A stretch of 64,000 nt of DNA from Candidatus Ozemobacteraceae bacterium (lineage in GTDB: Bacteria > Muiribacteriota > Ozemobacteria > Ozemobacterales > Ozemobacteraceae), in contig OZ223236.1 in the NCBI GenBank assembly GCA_965140445.1, positions 2,176,001 through 2,240,000 of the forward strand, in the 5' to 3' direction. The stretch's first letter is position 1. The number at the start of each line of letters is the position of its first letter. Under the pieces are notes generated by a model that did no database searches, was not told where the DNA came from, and saw only the letters and a list, made by a program, of their open reading frames with translations. The translations under genes and the position numbers were made by a program. Positions 1-9,910 of this stretch are shown here, piece after piece.

Positions 1-1429
1 CGTTAGCTTTTTCTATAGCGGTTTCAAGATTTTGGTTAATTTCTTTTAGTTGCTGTTCATATTTTCTTCTATCTGTAATGTCTTCTGCACTGCAGACAAC
101 ATCCTCAATATTGCCATGTTTGTTTATTCTTGGAGAACGAAAAATCGCTAATAAGCGTTTTTCACCGTTTCCGTTGGTAATCCATTCTTCAGTTCTTAGC
201 TGACTTCCTTTTGCGAAAACCTCTTCATTCCCCTTGATAAACTCATTGGCTGTTTCCTGTGGAATGACCGCAGTCATATTTTTCAAAACTAGTTTGGCCA
301 GAGGAACTCCAACAAAATTTGCATGGGAAAGATTAGCAACCCCATAAGTTTCCGGGTCTGATAAATACCAGACCTGCGTTTGAATGTTGTTTAAAAGAAT
401 TTGTTGGTTTTCTGATGCTTTTGCTAATTGATTCTGGGAGTATGCAACTCTTAATAAGCTGCCAACAATTAAACAGGCAATAAGTGCTATAAATCCCGGG
501 CCCATTGGACTAATTTTGAGAACAGGTGTAAGGATGAATATCTTCCAACCTTTTTCTAATACAGGGCGAGACCTTGGATTAAGTTTTTTTCCATCGAACA
601 AAACCTGTTTTTCTAAAAAGTTTTGTGACAGGTTATTTAAAGGGTTGCTGGCAAATTGCTTTGATGATGTCAAAGCTGATTTTTTATTATCAGAAATAGA
701 CCATGCAAGTTTAAATAGCCAGTCTTTCTGGTTGGAAGCAAAGATTACGCCATCCGGTGATACTATAGCGCATGGAAAACGAGTAAGCTGGACTTCTTTG
801 TCCAGAGTTGTTACAGGCATTTTTATTACTACTGTTCCGATGGGGTTGTAGAGCTCTTTTTTTATAGGAACGCAGAAATAGATACCTCGTTCTCCTGTGG
901 TTACACCCAACGCCGCATAAACTACCAGCGATTCTCCTGACATGGCTTTTTTGAAATACTCTCGGAAGGCATAGTTGTTTCCTGTGAGAGTTTTTTCCAG
1001 ATTTTCACCATAGGGGGTACAGGCGACAACTTCGCCTTTTGCATTCAATGCGTAAATTATGCTTGCATTGACAAATTTCTTTATCGAATTGAATGTGGAA
1101 AGTATGAGAGGATTATCAATGGGAAATTTTGAGTTAATTGTTTCCCGAACAATATTTTCCCTGGACAATAAAGATGCGGCTTTTCTAGCCTCCGAAAATG
1201 CAACTCTATCAAGGGATTGAGCTAATTCATTGATTTCTTTGTCCAAAGCTTCTTCGGATTTTTGTAAAAGAGCAAATTCGGCCAGGAAGAAAACTAATAT
1301 CCCCAGGATAATAACCATTGCCAGTTGAGGTAAGAAGTTGATTTTTCCTGATCTGTTTAATCTATTTGGGAACCGGGGGGTGAAGCAGCAACATTTCTTG
1401 ATGGCAAAAAAAAATCTATTTTGATCCAT
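1..1429 (-). CDS. Membrane sensor protein with periplasmic dCache-like domain and PAS domain, probably a histidine kinase (runs off the window start)
   Basis: Not in the ORF track because it is truncated. Read by hand from ATG at 1429 (MDQNRFFF...) with GGAG upstream. It has a TM segment (LAMVIILGILVFFL), a DctB/dCache-like GNNYAFREYFKKAMSG motif, a second TM, then a PAS-like segment. Confidence 0.75.
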   Translation of the reverse strand, partial: MDQNRFFFAIKKCCCFTPRFPNRLNRSGKINFLPQLAMVIILGILVFFLAEFALLQKSEEALDKEINELAQSLDRVAFSEARKAASLLSRENIVRETINSKFPIDNPLILSTFNSIKKFVNASIIYALNAKGEVVACTPYGENLEKTLTGNNYAFREYFKKAMSGESLVVYAALGVTTGERGIYFCVPIKKELYNPIGTVVIKMPVTTLDKEVQLTRFPCAIVSPDGVIFASNQKDWLFKLAWSISDNKKSALTSSKQFASNPLNNLSQNFLEKQVLFDGKKLNPRSRPVLEKGWKIFILTPVLKISPMGPGFIALIACLIVGSLLRVAYSQNQLAKASENQQILLNNIQTQVWYLSDPETYGVANLSHANFVGVPLAKLVLKNMTAVIPQETANEFIKGNEEVFAKGSQLRTEEWITNGNGEKRLLAIFRSPRINKHGNIEDVVCSAEDITDRRKYEQQLKEINQNLETAIEKAN

Positions 1430-1645
1430 TTTAGCTCCAGTAACAAAATGACTTTCTAACTTGCAGGCGGAAAGCAGTTTTTTTGAAAAGTAGAATGACT
1501 GTAGCTTTGCGGAATCTTTTTTTGTATTTTTCCCTAACCAATTTAATTATAACAATTAATTGCATTGGTTGTGCATACTGCGATCTTATCAATTTTGAAC
1601 TTTTGAATATGAGTGTTCTATATGCCGCGAAAATCAGGATGATTG

Positions 1646-1731
1646 GGAGCGGCGCGCTGTGTTGCCCCATCCATGGGCATCACGACTCTCGCGCATCGTG
1701 CGCTCCGCTGTTTTGCCCCATCCATGGGGCA
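1646..1731. repeat. GC-rich REP-like palindromic element with two GCCCCATCCATGGG(G)C units
   Basis: Direct repeat cgctgtgttgccccatccatgggca (1655-1679) / cgctgttttgccccatccatggggca (1706-1731). The second copy is a perfect hairpin. ggagcg/cgctcc and cacga/tcgtg stems are also present. Confidence 0.6.
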
Positions 1732-1764
1732 AAAAAAAATCCGGGCTCATAAAAATGACCCGGA
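1731..1764 (-). terminator. Intrinsic terminator (minus strand)
   Basis: Stem tccgggctcat/atgacccgga followed by a 9-U tail on the minus strand. Confidence 0.7.
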
Positions 1765-2052
1765 CTGAAAAATAAGGAGGCAAACAAATCCATAAACCTT
1801 TTCGGCCGAAGATGATGTTTTCTTAACGAAAAGAAATTGCGCTAAACAGACATTGGCAAACAAAAGCAAACAAATAGAAATTCACTTGGGCTATCTTGTG
1901 CTTTAAAGCATCAAAATTATTTTTATAATTATTTTTGTAAATCTTAATGGCTGCTTTATTAAGAGAAAAGCAAAGAAATAGTCTACTTTTGAATCCTTCA
2001 TTTTGTTTGTTTGCCAATGTTTTTCTAGATTTAATTTTGTGTTATAGCGTTT

Positions 2053-2090
2053 AAAAGAAAAGCACCGCGATTTCAAATTGGAAATCGCGG
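2053..2090 (-). terminator. Intrinsic terminator of the ABC operon
   Basis: Perfect 10-bp stem ccgcgatttc/gaaatcgcgg with a U-rich tail on the minus strand, just after the 2116 stop. Confidence 0.65.
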
Positions 2091-2115
2091 AGCCAGGATC
2101 GTTGTTAGTTAGTTG

Positions 2116-3006
2116 TTACAGTTCTGATGTGTTTTTGGTGAGCTTTATAAACAGATCTTTTAATCCTATTCTGGCTGAAGACTTTGATTTAACTTTCAAG
2201 CCGGATAACAAAGTGGCTAGTTTCTCTTCTGAGAAGTTTTGTACCACAAGCTCAAGTTCTTTTCCTTCAGATTTGGTGAAAAGTATGTCCTGGTCAGTTG
2301 GGACAGTTCCAAGGTTTTCTTCTAACCTCACTGCTACTTTTCTTACGCTATTTTCAATCTCGGAGATCTTTCCTGAAATTTTGAACCCATGATTAACCAG
2401 GAAAAATGCACTCTCAGAGACTTGTGCGATTTCTTCAATTTGATGGGAAGAAATAATGATTGTCATCCCTGATTCGCATAGACTTGTAATAAGGGTTTCA
2501 AGAACTTCTTCCCTGATAACAGCATCAAATCCAGACAATGGCTCATCCAGCAGAAGCACTTCAGGTTGTGTCGCTAAGGCTGAAGCTAACATAAGCTTGT
2601 GCTTATTTCCCTTGCTCATGTCTTTGATTGTAGTCTCAGTAGGAATAGAAAACCTTTTCAACATTTGCTCATATATTTTGCTGTCCCACTTTTTATACAG
2701 TGGCTTCAGGAAGCTTTCGAGTGCTGGAGCATTCATATAGGGGTACATTGTGCAGTTTTCACTAACCAATGCCACTTTCTGTCGAAGCTCTTCAGGATTT
2801 TTTGATGGATCGATCCCAAGAATTGAAACCTCTCCCGAATCTGGAGTGCGGAGGCCGAAAAGAATTTCCAGTAGAGTTGTTTTCCCTGCGCCATTACGCC
2901 CTATGAGGCTTGCAACTTCACCCTTTTCCAAGGACCCTGAAACTTCATTTAGAACCTTAAGTCCATCATATGATTTAGATATATTTTTGAATTCTATTAC
3001 TGGCAT
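2116..3006 (-). CDS. ABC transporter ATP-binding protein (YtrB-like)
   Basis: Walker A GRNGAGKT, signature MSKG, Walker B LLLDEP, H-loop SSH. Likely start MPVIE at 3006 after GGAGG (track ORF extends to 3045). Confidence 0.92.
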   Translation of the reverse strand: MPVIEFKNISKSYDGLKVLNEVSGSLEKGEVASLIGRNGAGKTTLLEILFGLRTPDSGEVSILGIDPSKNPEELRQKVALVSENCTMYPYMNAPALESFLKPLYKKWDSKIYEQMLKRFSIPTETTIKDMSKGNKHKLMLASALATQPEVLLLDEPLSGFDAVIREEVLETLITSLCESGMTIIISSHQIEEIAQVSESAFFLVNHGFKISGKISEIENSVRKVAVRLEENLGTVPTDQDILFTKSEGKELELVVQNFSEEKLATLLSGLKVKSKSSARIGLKDLFIKLTKNTSEL

Positions 3007-3007
3007 T

Positions 3008-3403
3008 CTATTTTCCTCCTTCTTCATTAGGTATTTGCTTTTCAAGTGATTCCATAAAGAGATCGCAGATTTTTTGTTTTGTTAGCCCCATTTGAACACA
3101 GAAATTGAGCAGTTCATCAAGTCGTTTGGTTATTTCAATAGCTATTTCTGCACTTTTGTCCTGGCCGGCTATTTCTGCTGCATAGGCTCCTTGTCCACGT
3201 TTAAAGTATATTAATCCATGAGATTCAAGTTCTTGAAATGCTTTTGCCACTGTGTTTGGGTTTACTTTCAGGTCGGTTGCTATCTGTCGGATTGATGGTA
3301 GTCTTTCATCAGCTTCATAGGTTTTGCCTAAGATCATGAGCTTTAGTTCCTCAAATATCTGGAGATAGATTGGAATTGGAGAGCTTTCATCAATTCTTAG
3401 CAT
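3008..3403 (-). CDS. GntR-family transcriptional regulator, YtrA subfamily
   Basis: PIYLQI...LPSIRQIA...VNPNTVAKAFQELE...RGQG wHTH with a short C-terminus, inside an ABC operon. Confidence 0.93.
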   Translation of the reverse strand: MLRIDESSPIPIYLQIFEELKLMILGKTYEADERLPSIRQIATDLKVNPNTVAKAFQELESHGLIYFKRGQGAYAAEIAGQDKSAEIAIEITKRLDELLNFCVQMGLTKQKICDLFMESLEKQIPNEEGGK

Positions 3404-5381
3404 TGTTTTCTACCCCCTTTCCAAAAATCTGATCAATAGAAAATCTTTTAACTGGTTTAAAGCCATTAGATGGAGATAGAGTGTATATTGCTTCTTTTTC
3501 GCCATAGAGAACAACAATAAAAGAGTCTGTTTTGAAAGGTCTAATTGTACTGAACACTGGGTCTGGTTGACTTATTTCTTTCCCGGTTTGCAAATCTATA
3601 ACGCTGAAAAATCGAGTTTCTTTTTCATTTCTGTATCCATAGATGAAGTAAGACCCATTACTGGAAACAATTTTAGAGTTTGCTGGCAGAACGCTCGAGT
3701 AATCATAGGAAAGATTATAGATGATAAAATGTTTAACAAGAACTTTTAAGCCAGTTTCAGGAGAATATAAGTGGAGCATGTCGCTGCCCCCAGAATATTT
3801 TCCATCTTCATAAACGCGATTACTTTCAAGAAAAATTATTTTCCCATCTGGTGTATCTGCCATTGGGGTTAAATCACTTTTTAATGGGAGCTTCTCAAAC
3901 TCAAAATTTTGGTTCATCCTATAGTATACATATTCGCCTTTTTTATCCTCTGAGCCATACTCTTGATAGCTGAACAACATGGAGTTAGAAAGGTTCTTCA
4001 GGTAAACATATAAGTCTTTATCTATTTCCTTAAAAGGTGTTTTAAGAACTTCAAAATTATCAAGGCGCATTAACTCAATTGATCGACCTGTTCTGCACAC
4101 AAGGACTTTCTTATCAGTATATTCCTTGAAGTGACATCTTGAAGAAAAGCTTGCTACTTCCCTGGAAGAATTGGAGCCAAAGTCAAAGACATTAACTGAA
4201 GTGTATTCATCGTCTGTTTCTGATGTTCCAAGGTTGAGAGCAAGGAGTCCGGATTCATTTTTTCTCTTCATGACTTTGTAAACAAGATTTCCATTGTCCA
4301 GAAAACCTAATGGGGTGCCACTTAAGCCTGTTTTAAGAGTTTTTCCTGTAGACATGTCTTGTAACAAAATCTCGGGAAATCCTGGAAAAACATAGCCAAG
4401 GTCAGTTACGAATGCGAATTTGCTATAGTCATAGTTAAAAACTGATTGCCCTATAACGCGACATCCGAGATTTGCTTTGTGAGTAAATTTGAAAGGATTT
4501 AGAGAATCAATGCTTTCTGTTTTGGATGCATTTTCTATTAGTTTTAAAATTCGCCCGTCAAATTTTGGATTTGTTACTGGATCTAGAAAAAAAGAATTTC
4601 TTTCTGCCGAAACAAGTAATTGATTACTTTTTGGGAGGAAAGCCCATTCCATCTCTGAAATGCTGTTAAAGCTTCTGTTGCCCATTTCAGATATCGAATT
4701 TAAAACAAATAGAATTGTGCTGATCCCGATTAAAGAAGCTATAACAATAATAGCAGAGGTTTTTAGCCATTTTTTACCCTGAATTTCGGGAAAAAAGTTA
4801 AACAAGGTTTTAGCGGAAATTAGTGAGAAAAGAATAAGAAAAAATGTAAATAGAGTTGGATTTAGCTCTGAAATCGGTTCTTTAATTAAGGCTGAAATCA
4901 TTATTGTTGAAGGTATCAGCAGAATTATAGACCCGCTAACAACTGGGTGCAAAACTGATGTCATTATGCCCAACGCCCAGATTGTAATTGGAGTGTAAAA
5001 AAAGAGATAGCTTGGATAAATCTTAAGCGACATAACCTCAAAACCATTAGGCCAAGGCTGCATACCAAAAAATAATGCAATCAGACCAAGAAGAAAATAA
5101 AGAATAAAACCGCTTATAAGTGATCCAATACATTTTGCTGCAAAAATCTGACTATTTTTTACTGGTAATGAGAAAAGAAACTTTTCTGTTCCGCTTGATC
5201 TTTCTTTAGCCAGTCCATCGTGGGCTAAAAACATAAGAAAGACAGGCGCAATAACAGCGAACGTGATCATGAAGATCAGGTCGCTATCCCTGAGAATCGA
5301 CATGAATGCAATGATAAATATGAGTGCGAACTTGAATTTGCTTAGAACTTCTCGAACATCTTTGATAACTATTGAGAGCAT
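3390..5381 (-). CDS. ABC-2-type permease fused to a large soluble, possibly beta-propeller domain
   Basis: Multiple N-terminal TMs with a KERSSGTEKFLFSLPV motif and a hydrophilic beta-rich C-terminal region. ATG at 5381 follows GGAGG. Confidence 0.75.
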   Translation of the reverse strand: MLSIVIKDVREVLSKFKFALIFIIAFMSILRDSDLIFMITFAVIAPVFLMFLAHDGLAKERSSGTEKFLFSLPVKNSQIFAAKCIGSLISGFILYFLLGLIALFFGMQPWPNGFEVMSLKIYPSYLFFYTPITIWALGIMTSVLHPVVSGSIILLIPSTIMISALIKEPISELNPTLFTFFLILFSLISAKTLFNFFPEIQGKKWLKTSAIIVIASLIGISTILFVLNSISEMGNRSFNSISEMEWAFLPKSNQLLVSAERNSFFLDPVTNPKFDGRILKLIENASKTESIDSLNPFKFTHKANLGCRVIGQSVFNYDYSKFAFVTDLGYVFPGFPEILLQDMSTGKTLKTGLSGTPLGFLDNGNLVYKVMKRKNESGLLALNLGTSETDDEYTSVNVFDFGSNSSREVASFSSRCHFKEYTDKKVLVCRTGRSIELMRLDNFEVLKTPFKEIDKDLYVYLKNLSNSMLFSYQEYGSEDKKGEYVYYRMNQNFEFEKLPLKSDLTPMADTPDGKIIFLESNRVYEDGKYSGGSDMLHLYSPETGLKVLVKHFIIYNLSYDYSSVLPANSKIVSSNGSYFIYGYRNEKETRFFSVIDLQTGKEISQPDPVFSTIRPFKTDSFIVVLYGEKEAIYTLSPSNGFKPVKRFSIDQIFGKGVENNAKN

Positions 5382-5430
5382 AATGACCTCCAATAAAAAT
5401 TAGTTTTGGCTCAATTGTGTTTTAGTGTTT

Positions 5431-5456
5431 TAGTGTGTTGCTCTACTAATACACTA
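5431..5456. promoter_or_regulatory. Putative YtrA-type operator
   Basis: tagtgtg-N12-tacacta inverted repeat, resembling the YtrA AGTGTA-Nx-TACACT box, just upstream of the permease-GntR-ATPase operon. Confidence 0.6.
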
Positions 5457-5491
5457 GCAATTTTTAGTTCGATCAGTCAAGCTAAATTGAC

Positions 5492-5526
5492 AAAAAAAAT
5501 GCGACTCCACTTGGGAGCCGCATTTT
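5492..5526 (-). terminator. Intrinsic terminator after the CoA-activase gene
   Basis: aaaatgcgactcc/ggagccgcatttt stem with an A-run, which is the U tail on the minus strand. Confidence 0.65.
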
Positions 5527-5537
5527 CAAAGCGATTG

Positions 5538-8500
5538 TCAGGCTTTTCGCCCTTTCTTTTCGAGGCTTTGTTTAGCCTGGAAGGCAAAAGTTGCAAGGTT
5601 TGTTTCACGATTCGGAATAATTGTTCCATCGTAAATCATATCTACAAATGGAGCTTTATTTCTCATGTGAACCTTGAGAATAGCACTTGCTACTGTACTT
5701 GGCATACATGTGAATGGCATTGCGTTTACGACGCCATTAAAGCCTTCTTTGGCAAAGGCCAGTGCGCCACCGATACTCAAAATTGCTTCACCATTAATAT
5801 GATTTGAGAATATGTCATTGGTTTCGTGAAGAATGTGCTCAGTTGTGTGATCAAATCTATTGCTCAGAATATCTTTAAAAGGATGGGAAATGAATTTGCC
5901 AACCATTCTCTGATACTTGGAGGTAAGCCAGAACTTAGTGGCTTCAGAGAAGTTATTAAGGTTCTTTTTAAGCTTTAGCGCCGCTTTTGATTCTTCTACT
6001 CCAGTGTGAGTCGTGTATTCAATCCACTCCGCAACTGAACTTGTATAGGTTTCGCAACCTAATCTCTCAAGTTCTTTGATAAGGTTCTGGTTACTTTCTT
6101 TGTGAGTTCTCACAAAAATTTCTCCAACAATACCTATCAATGGCCTATTTTCATTACGTCTTTTAATTTCCCTGAATGCTCTTGCTGCTTTCTTGGCGGC
6201 TTTGACCAGTTTCAGGCCTCCACCAGCTTCGATAGCATCAATTCCCCACTTCATAGCTTCTTCGAAGATTCTGTCTGTGGTTCCAGGAGTCACTTCGTAA
6301 GGTCTGATGTGCCAGAGCGCTTTTTCAATCAAATCTGAATAAACTACAGATTGCCAGGCGAGCTGTCTGAATTGAACAGCTTGATCATCATTAAAATAAC
6401 CAGCAAATCTGTAGCTGTCTTCTGAACTAGGTGACAATATCGGGATTCCATTTTTGCCATATTTATCCAGAAGTATTCTATGTAGCCTTGTATATTGACC
6501 AAATCTGCATGGTCCTTCAGTTTCAGGCATGAAGAATGCAAGCTTATTGTCGACATCCATACCTTCAGCGCGATGTTTTTCAATTACTTCAAACATATCG
6601 CCTGTGGTTACAATACATGGGAAACATTCTTTGCCTGATGTGTTTTTCTTGCCGAATTCAAGACCTGTTTCTGAATAAGTCGGCATTACTTCGGCATTAC
6701 AGCCAACTGATCTGAATGCTGCCGCAAGACATCTTGCGCCTTCAGCCATTTTTGGAAGATATAGAGTGCGCTCAGACATTGGTGCCGTGGCTTTACGAGG
6801 AATAAAGTTGATATCTTTTTCTTTCAAAACATTAACTTCAGACTGATTTTTGATTGCATCGATAAAGGCAAGGAGACGAGTTTCAACGCCTGCACCAGCC
6901 GAATGTTCATCAAGCTCTAGCTCAAGGTATGGGCGATTTGTTCTATGCATTTCATGATTGAAGAAGTGAAGAACAAATGAGTCTGGGCCACATGAGAAGC
7001 TGGTCAAATACAGTCCGAACAAACGTTTATCCTGATTAATATATTTGGCGGCCTGCAGAATTTTGTTTCCGAAGCCCCAATACATATTCGGGTATTCCTG
7101 TTCAATATTGATATGATCAAGTTCCAAAAATTCCTGAGGAATTGCATGAATTCCCAGACGGCTGAAAGTACCGAAGAGATTCAAATTCGTTCTGGAATCA
7201 TAGGCACTATAAGGTCTTCCCACAACAATAACAGCTCTCTTGTCGCCGAGATTCTTCATTATTGTTGAGCCGACTCGCTTTATTTCAGCGTTGAAATCTT
7301 CGAGAATTGCCATTGATTCATCATATGCGGCAGAAAATTTCGCATTACTAAATGGCAGGCCTAATCTTCTGAATTCTCCAGCAAAGGCGCGAGTCATGTC
7401 GTCTTTGCCTTTTTTGAAATAGATCGCAGGTTTGATCGTTTTGTTTTTATCAAGACCAAGAGCGGCCATCAGCATGTAGGTATTGGACTCAACGTAAGGG
7501 CAGTAATAGCCGTTGTTGCCCTGATGCGACTCCATTTCGATCATCATTGGCAGGAAGAGCATGTCGCAATGATCTTTAAGATATGCAGCGTGTCCGTGCG
7601 ATATTTTTACCGGGAAGCACGCCTCGCAAGTCATTGCCGAGATTCCCTTGTCGACGATTTCGGTGTCAGTTTCAGGCGAAATAACGATTTCATAACCAAG
7701 TTTGGTCATTAAGTGAATCCAGAACATTCCAACCTGATGGAAGCTCAGAGCTCTCGGGATACCGAGAACAACCTTACCGCTTTTCTTTTCTGGTTCAGGA
7801 TCTTTTCCGGCAACTCTATAAAGGCCCTTCATGCGCTTGAAATAAAGTTCCTGTCTAACTCTATTAAAATCAGGGGTGCGTTTAGCTGCTGACTGACGAG
7901 ACTCATACATTCCGCAGTCACCGCCATACACGGCTTCGTCATTTCCAACACGATAAATTTGCAGTTTACAAAGATTGTGGCAGTTTGGATTTCTTTCACA
8001 GATTTCTTCATCGTGGATGAAGTTTTGGTCAGCAACATCCCAACCTCTGAATCTTGTGGTGAAAGTTTCACCAGCAGCGAGTTTGGCTTCTATTTCGTCT
8101 TTTGCGTGAAGAGCCGAACCTATTGCGCCCATAACTTCGCGGTGGGGTAGGGTGATAATTGGCTTGCCAACGATTCTTTCAAAAGCAGCGACTACAGATT
8201 TGTTGAGAGATGGGCCACCCTGGAAGCTAATCATATTCCCGATTTTTCCATCTTGCACAACACGGTTCAAATAGTTATGGACCACAGCTTGAGAAAGCCC
8301 TGCAAGAAGGTCTTCTACGGCTCCGCCCATCTGAAGATAGGACATCAAATCTGATTCCATATAAACGGTGCAACGCTCGGTTAATCTGTAAGGAGCTTTT
8401 GCAGCCATTGCCAGATCTTCGTATTCGCCAACAATGTTGATTCCAAGTTTATTTGCAGTTTCTTCCAGAAAGCTTCCGGTGCCGGCTGCACAAACCTTGT

Positions 8501-9872
8501 TCATTCTAAAGTCTACTACATAGCCTTTTCCAAGTGCAGTGTATTTGGCGTCCTGACCACCAAGTTCGAAAATAGTATCGATACCTGGCTCAAAATGAGT
8601 TGTGCCGCGGGCATGGGCGGTAACTTCATTTACGACGTCATCTGCACCAACAAAAAGATTGGCTACTTCCCGGCCGGAGCCCGTGGTTCCTACGCCCAGA
8701 ACGCGAACTCTTTTCACGTCAATTGTTTCTATGCAGTTTTTTAAGGCCTTTTTGATTGCTACAACTGGCTGGCCTTCAGTTGGAATGTATCTTTTGTAGA
8801 TTACCTGACCATCCGGGGTTACAAGCGCAAGTTTGGTTGTTGTTGAACCAATGTCATAGCCCATGTAAACATCCAGAATTTCTTTTCCCGCTGGAAGGCC
8901 TGTGGCTTCTCCGCACTTTGCAAATGGGTGAAGTTCAAGGCTAAGTGGAGCCGTTCTAACTGCAGCAAATGCTTCTGAGGTTTTAAGGTCAAGAATATTT
9001 TGTGCTGTTACAGCTCGGCCTTGATTGGTGCTTATAGCTGTATGAATCGCTCCAAGAGCTCCAACAATGGTATGGTTTTCAGGAATGGTTACTGATACGC
9101 CAAGAATTTTTTCGAATGATTCTCTGGCAAGCTTATTTGAAGCATATCCGCCGATGAAAGCTACTGGTTCTAGTAATTCCCTGTTATTTACAAGTGTTGA
9201 TTTAAAGTTTTTGGCAACACCGTCATGCAGGCCGGCAATTATATGCTTTATCGGGATGCCCTTATTTTGCAGATGTATCATGTCAGACTTGGTGAAAACT
9301 GTGCATCTACAGGCTACGCTTGCAGGGTCGTCAGATTTTTTTCCTTCTTCCATGAATTTTCCAAGAATGGCTTCCATTCTTTGCTGCGGATCTTTGATTG
9401 AATGAAATTCTTCAAAATCGGCAAAAATTCTTTCAGCCTGCTGATCAATAAAGCTTCCTGTGCCTGCTGCACAAGCTTCGTTGAGCTTGAAATCGTCCAG
9501 AATGAAGTTTTTATCAGATGGAGAAACAACCAATAGGGCTGAATCATGTCCACCGATGCTGACAACTGATCTGGCTTCCGGCATCAGAGCAAAAAGGCCT
9601 CTGGTTTGTGCGGTGGTTTCTATTTCAAAGAAAGTATCTAACTCTTCTGCAATTGCCTTGCCGTGTGTACCTGTAAAAGCAACTCTTTCAATATTTTCTT
9701 TGCCATATTTTTTTTCTAAATCGCCAAGAATTTTAGCGCAAAGCTCTATGGTTCGGCCAAAATGACGATAATAGGGGTATTGTTCAATTATTTTTCCGTT
9801 GGAATCACAAATAGCGGTATTGATGCTGACTGAGCCAAGATCAAAACCGATGTTTAAACTTTTCTGTGACAT
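5538..9872 (-). CDS. CoA-substrate-specific enzyme activase fusion (two ASKHA ATPase domains + DUF2229 + 2-hydroxyacyl-CoA dehydratase-like domain)
   Basis: GFDLGS and GYDIGSTT ASKHA motifs, CAAGTG twice, RCTVF/RCTVY, CFPVKISHGH, FSCGPD, GKECFP, PFTCMP. Start MSQKS at 9872 after GGAGG. Confidence 0.9.
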   Translation of the reverse strand: MSQKSLNIGFDLGSVSINTAICDSNGKIIEQYPYYRHFGRTIELCAKILGDLEKKYGKENIERVAFTGTHGKAIAEELDTFFEIETTAQTRGLFALMPEARSVVSIGGHDSALLVVSPSDKNFILDDFKLNEACAAGTGSFIDQQAERIFADFEEFHSIKDPQQRMEAILGKFMEEGKKSDDPASVACRCTVFTKSDMIHLQNKGIPIKHIIAGLHDGVAKNFKSTLVNNRELLEPVAFIGGYASNKLARESFEKILGVSVTIPENHTIVGALGAIHTAISTNQGRAVTAQNILDLKTSEAFAAVRTAPLSLELHPFAKCGEATGLPAGKEILDVYMGYDIGSTTTKLALVTPDGQVIYKRYIPTEGQPVVAIKKALKNCIETIDVKRVRVLGVGTTGSGREVANLFVGADDVVNEVTAHARGTTHFEPGIDTIFELGGQDAKYTALGKGYVVDFRMNKVCAAGTGSFLEETANKLGINIVGEYEDLAMAAKAPYRLTERCTVYMESDLMSYLQMGGAVEDLLAGLSQAVVHNYLNRVVQDGKIGNMISFQGGPSLNKSVVAAFERIVGKPIITLPHREVMGAIGSALHAKDEIEAKLAAGETFTTRFRGWDVADQNFIHDEEICERNPNCHNLCKLQIYRVGNDEAVYGGDCGMYESRQSAAKRTPDFNRVRQELYFKRMKGLYRVAGKDPEPEKKSGKVVLGIPRALSFHQVGMFWIHLMTKLGYEIVISPETDTEIVDKGISAMTCEACFPVKISHGHAAYLKDHCDMLFLPMMIEMESHQGNNGYYCPYVESNTYMLMAALGLDKNKTIKPAIYFKKGKDDMTRAFAGEFRRLGLPFSNAKFSAAYDESMAILEDFNAEIKRVGSTIMKNLGDKRAVIVVGRPYSAYDSRTNLNLFGTFSRLGIHAIPQEFLELDHINIEQEYPNMYWGFGNKILQAAKYINQDKRLFGLYLTSFSCGPDSFVLHFFNHEMHRTNRPYLELELDEHSAGAGVETRLLAFIDAIKNQSEVNVLKEKDINFIPRKATAPMSERTLYLPKMAEGARCLAAAFRSVGCNAEVMPTYSETGLEFGKKNTSGKECFPCIVTTGDMFEVIEKHRAEGMDVDNKLAFFMPETEGPCRFGQYTRLHRILLDKYGKNGIPILSPSSEDSYRFAGYFNDDQAVQFRQLAWQSVVYSDLIEKALWHIRPYEVTPGTTDRIFEEAMKWGIDAIEAGGGLKLVKAAKKAARAFREIKRRNENRPLIGIVGEIFVRTHKESNQNLIKELERLGCETYTSSVAEWIEYTTHTGVEESKAALKLKKNLNNFSEATKFWLTSKYQRMVGKFISHPFKDILSNRFDHTTEHILHETNDIFSNHINGEAILSIGGALAFAKEGFNGVVNAMPFTCMPSTVASAILKVHMRNKAPFVDMIYDGTIIPNRETNLATFAFQAKQSLEKKGRKA

Positions 9873-9910
9873 GTAACATCCTCCTATACAGGGAAAAAAG
9901 AGAGTCATCT

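Noticed and set aside
1655..1731. Possible mini-CRISPR (two similar palindromic repeats with a spacer)
   Set aside because: Only two non-identical units, the spacer is itself palindromic, and there are no cas genes in the window.
1770..1850. Known riboswitch (c-di-GMP, fluoride, SAM, TPP) upstream of the sensor gene
   Set aside because: No conserved aptamer motif could be identified by eye; an Rfam scan would be needed.
1431..2017. Track ORFs 1431-1670, 1483-1752 and 1823-2017
   Set aside because: They have no RBS or recognisable motifs, and they run through the palindromic repeat, terminator and AT-rich promoter-like DNA.
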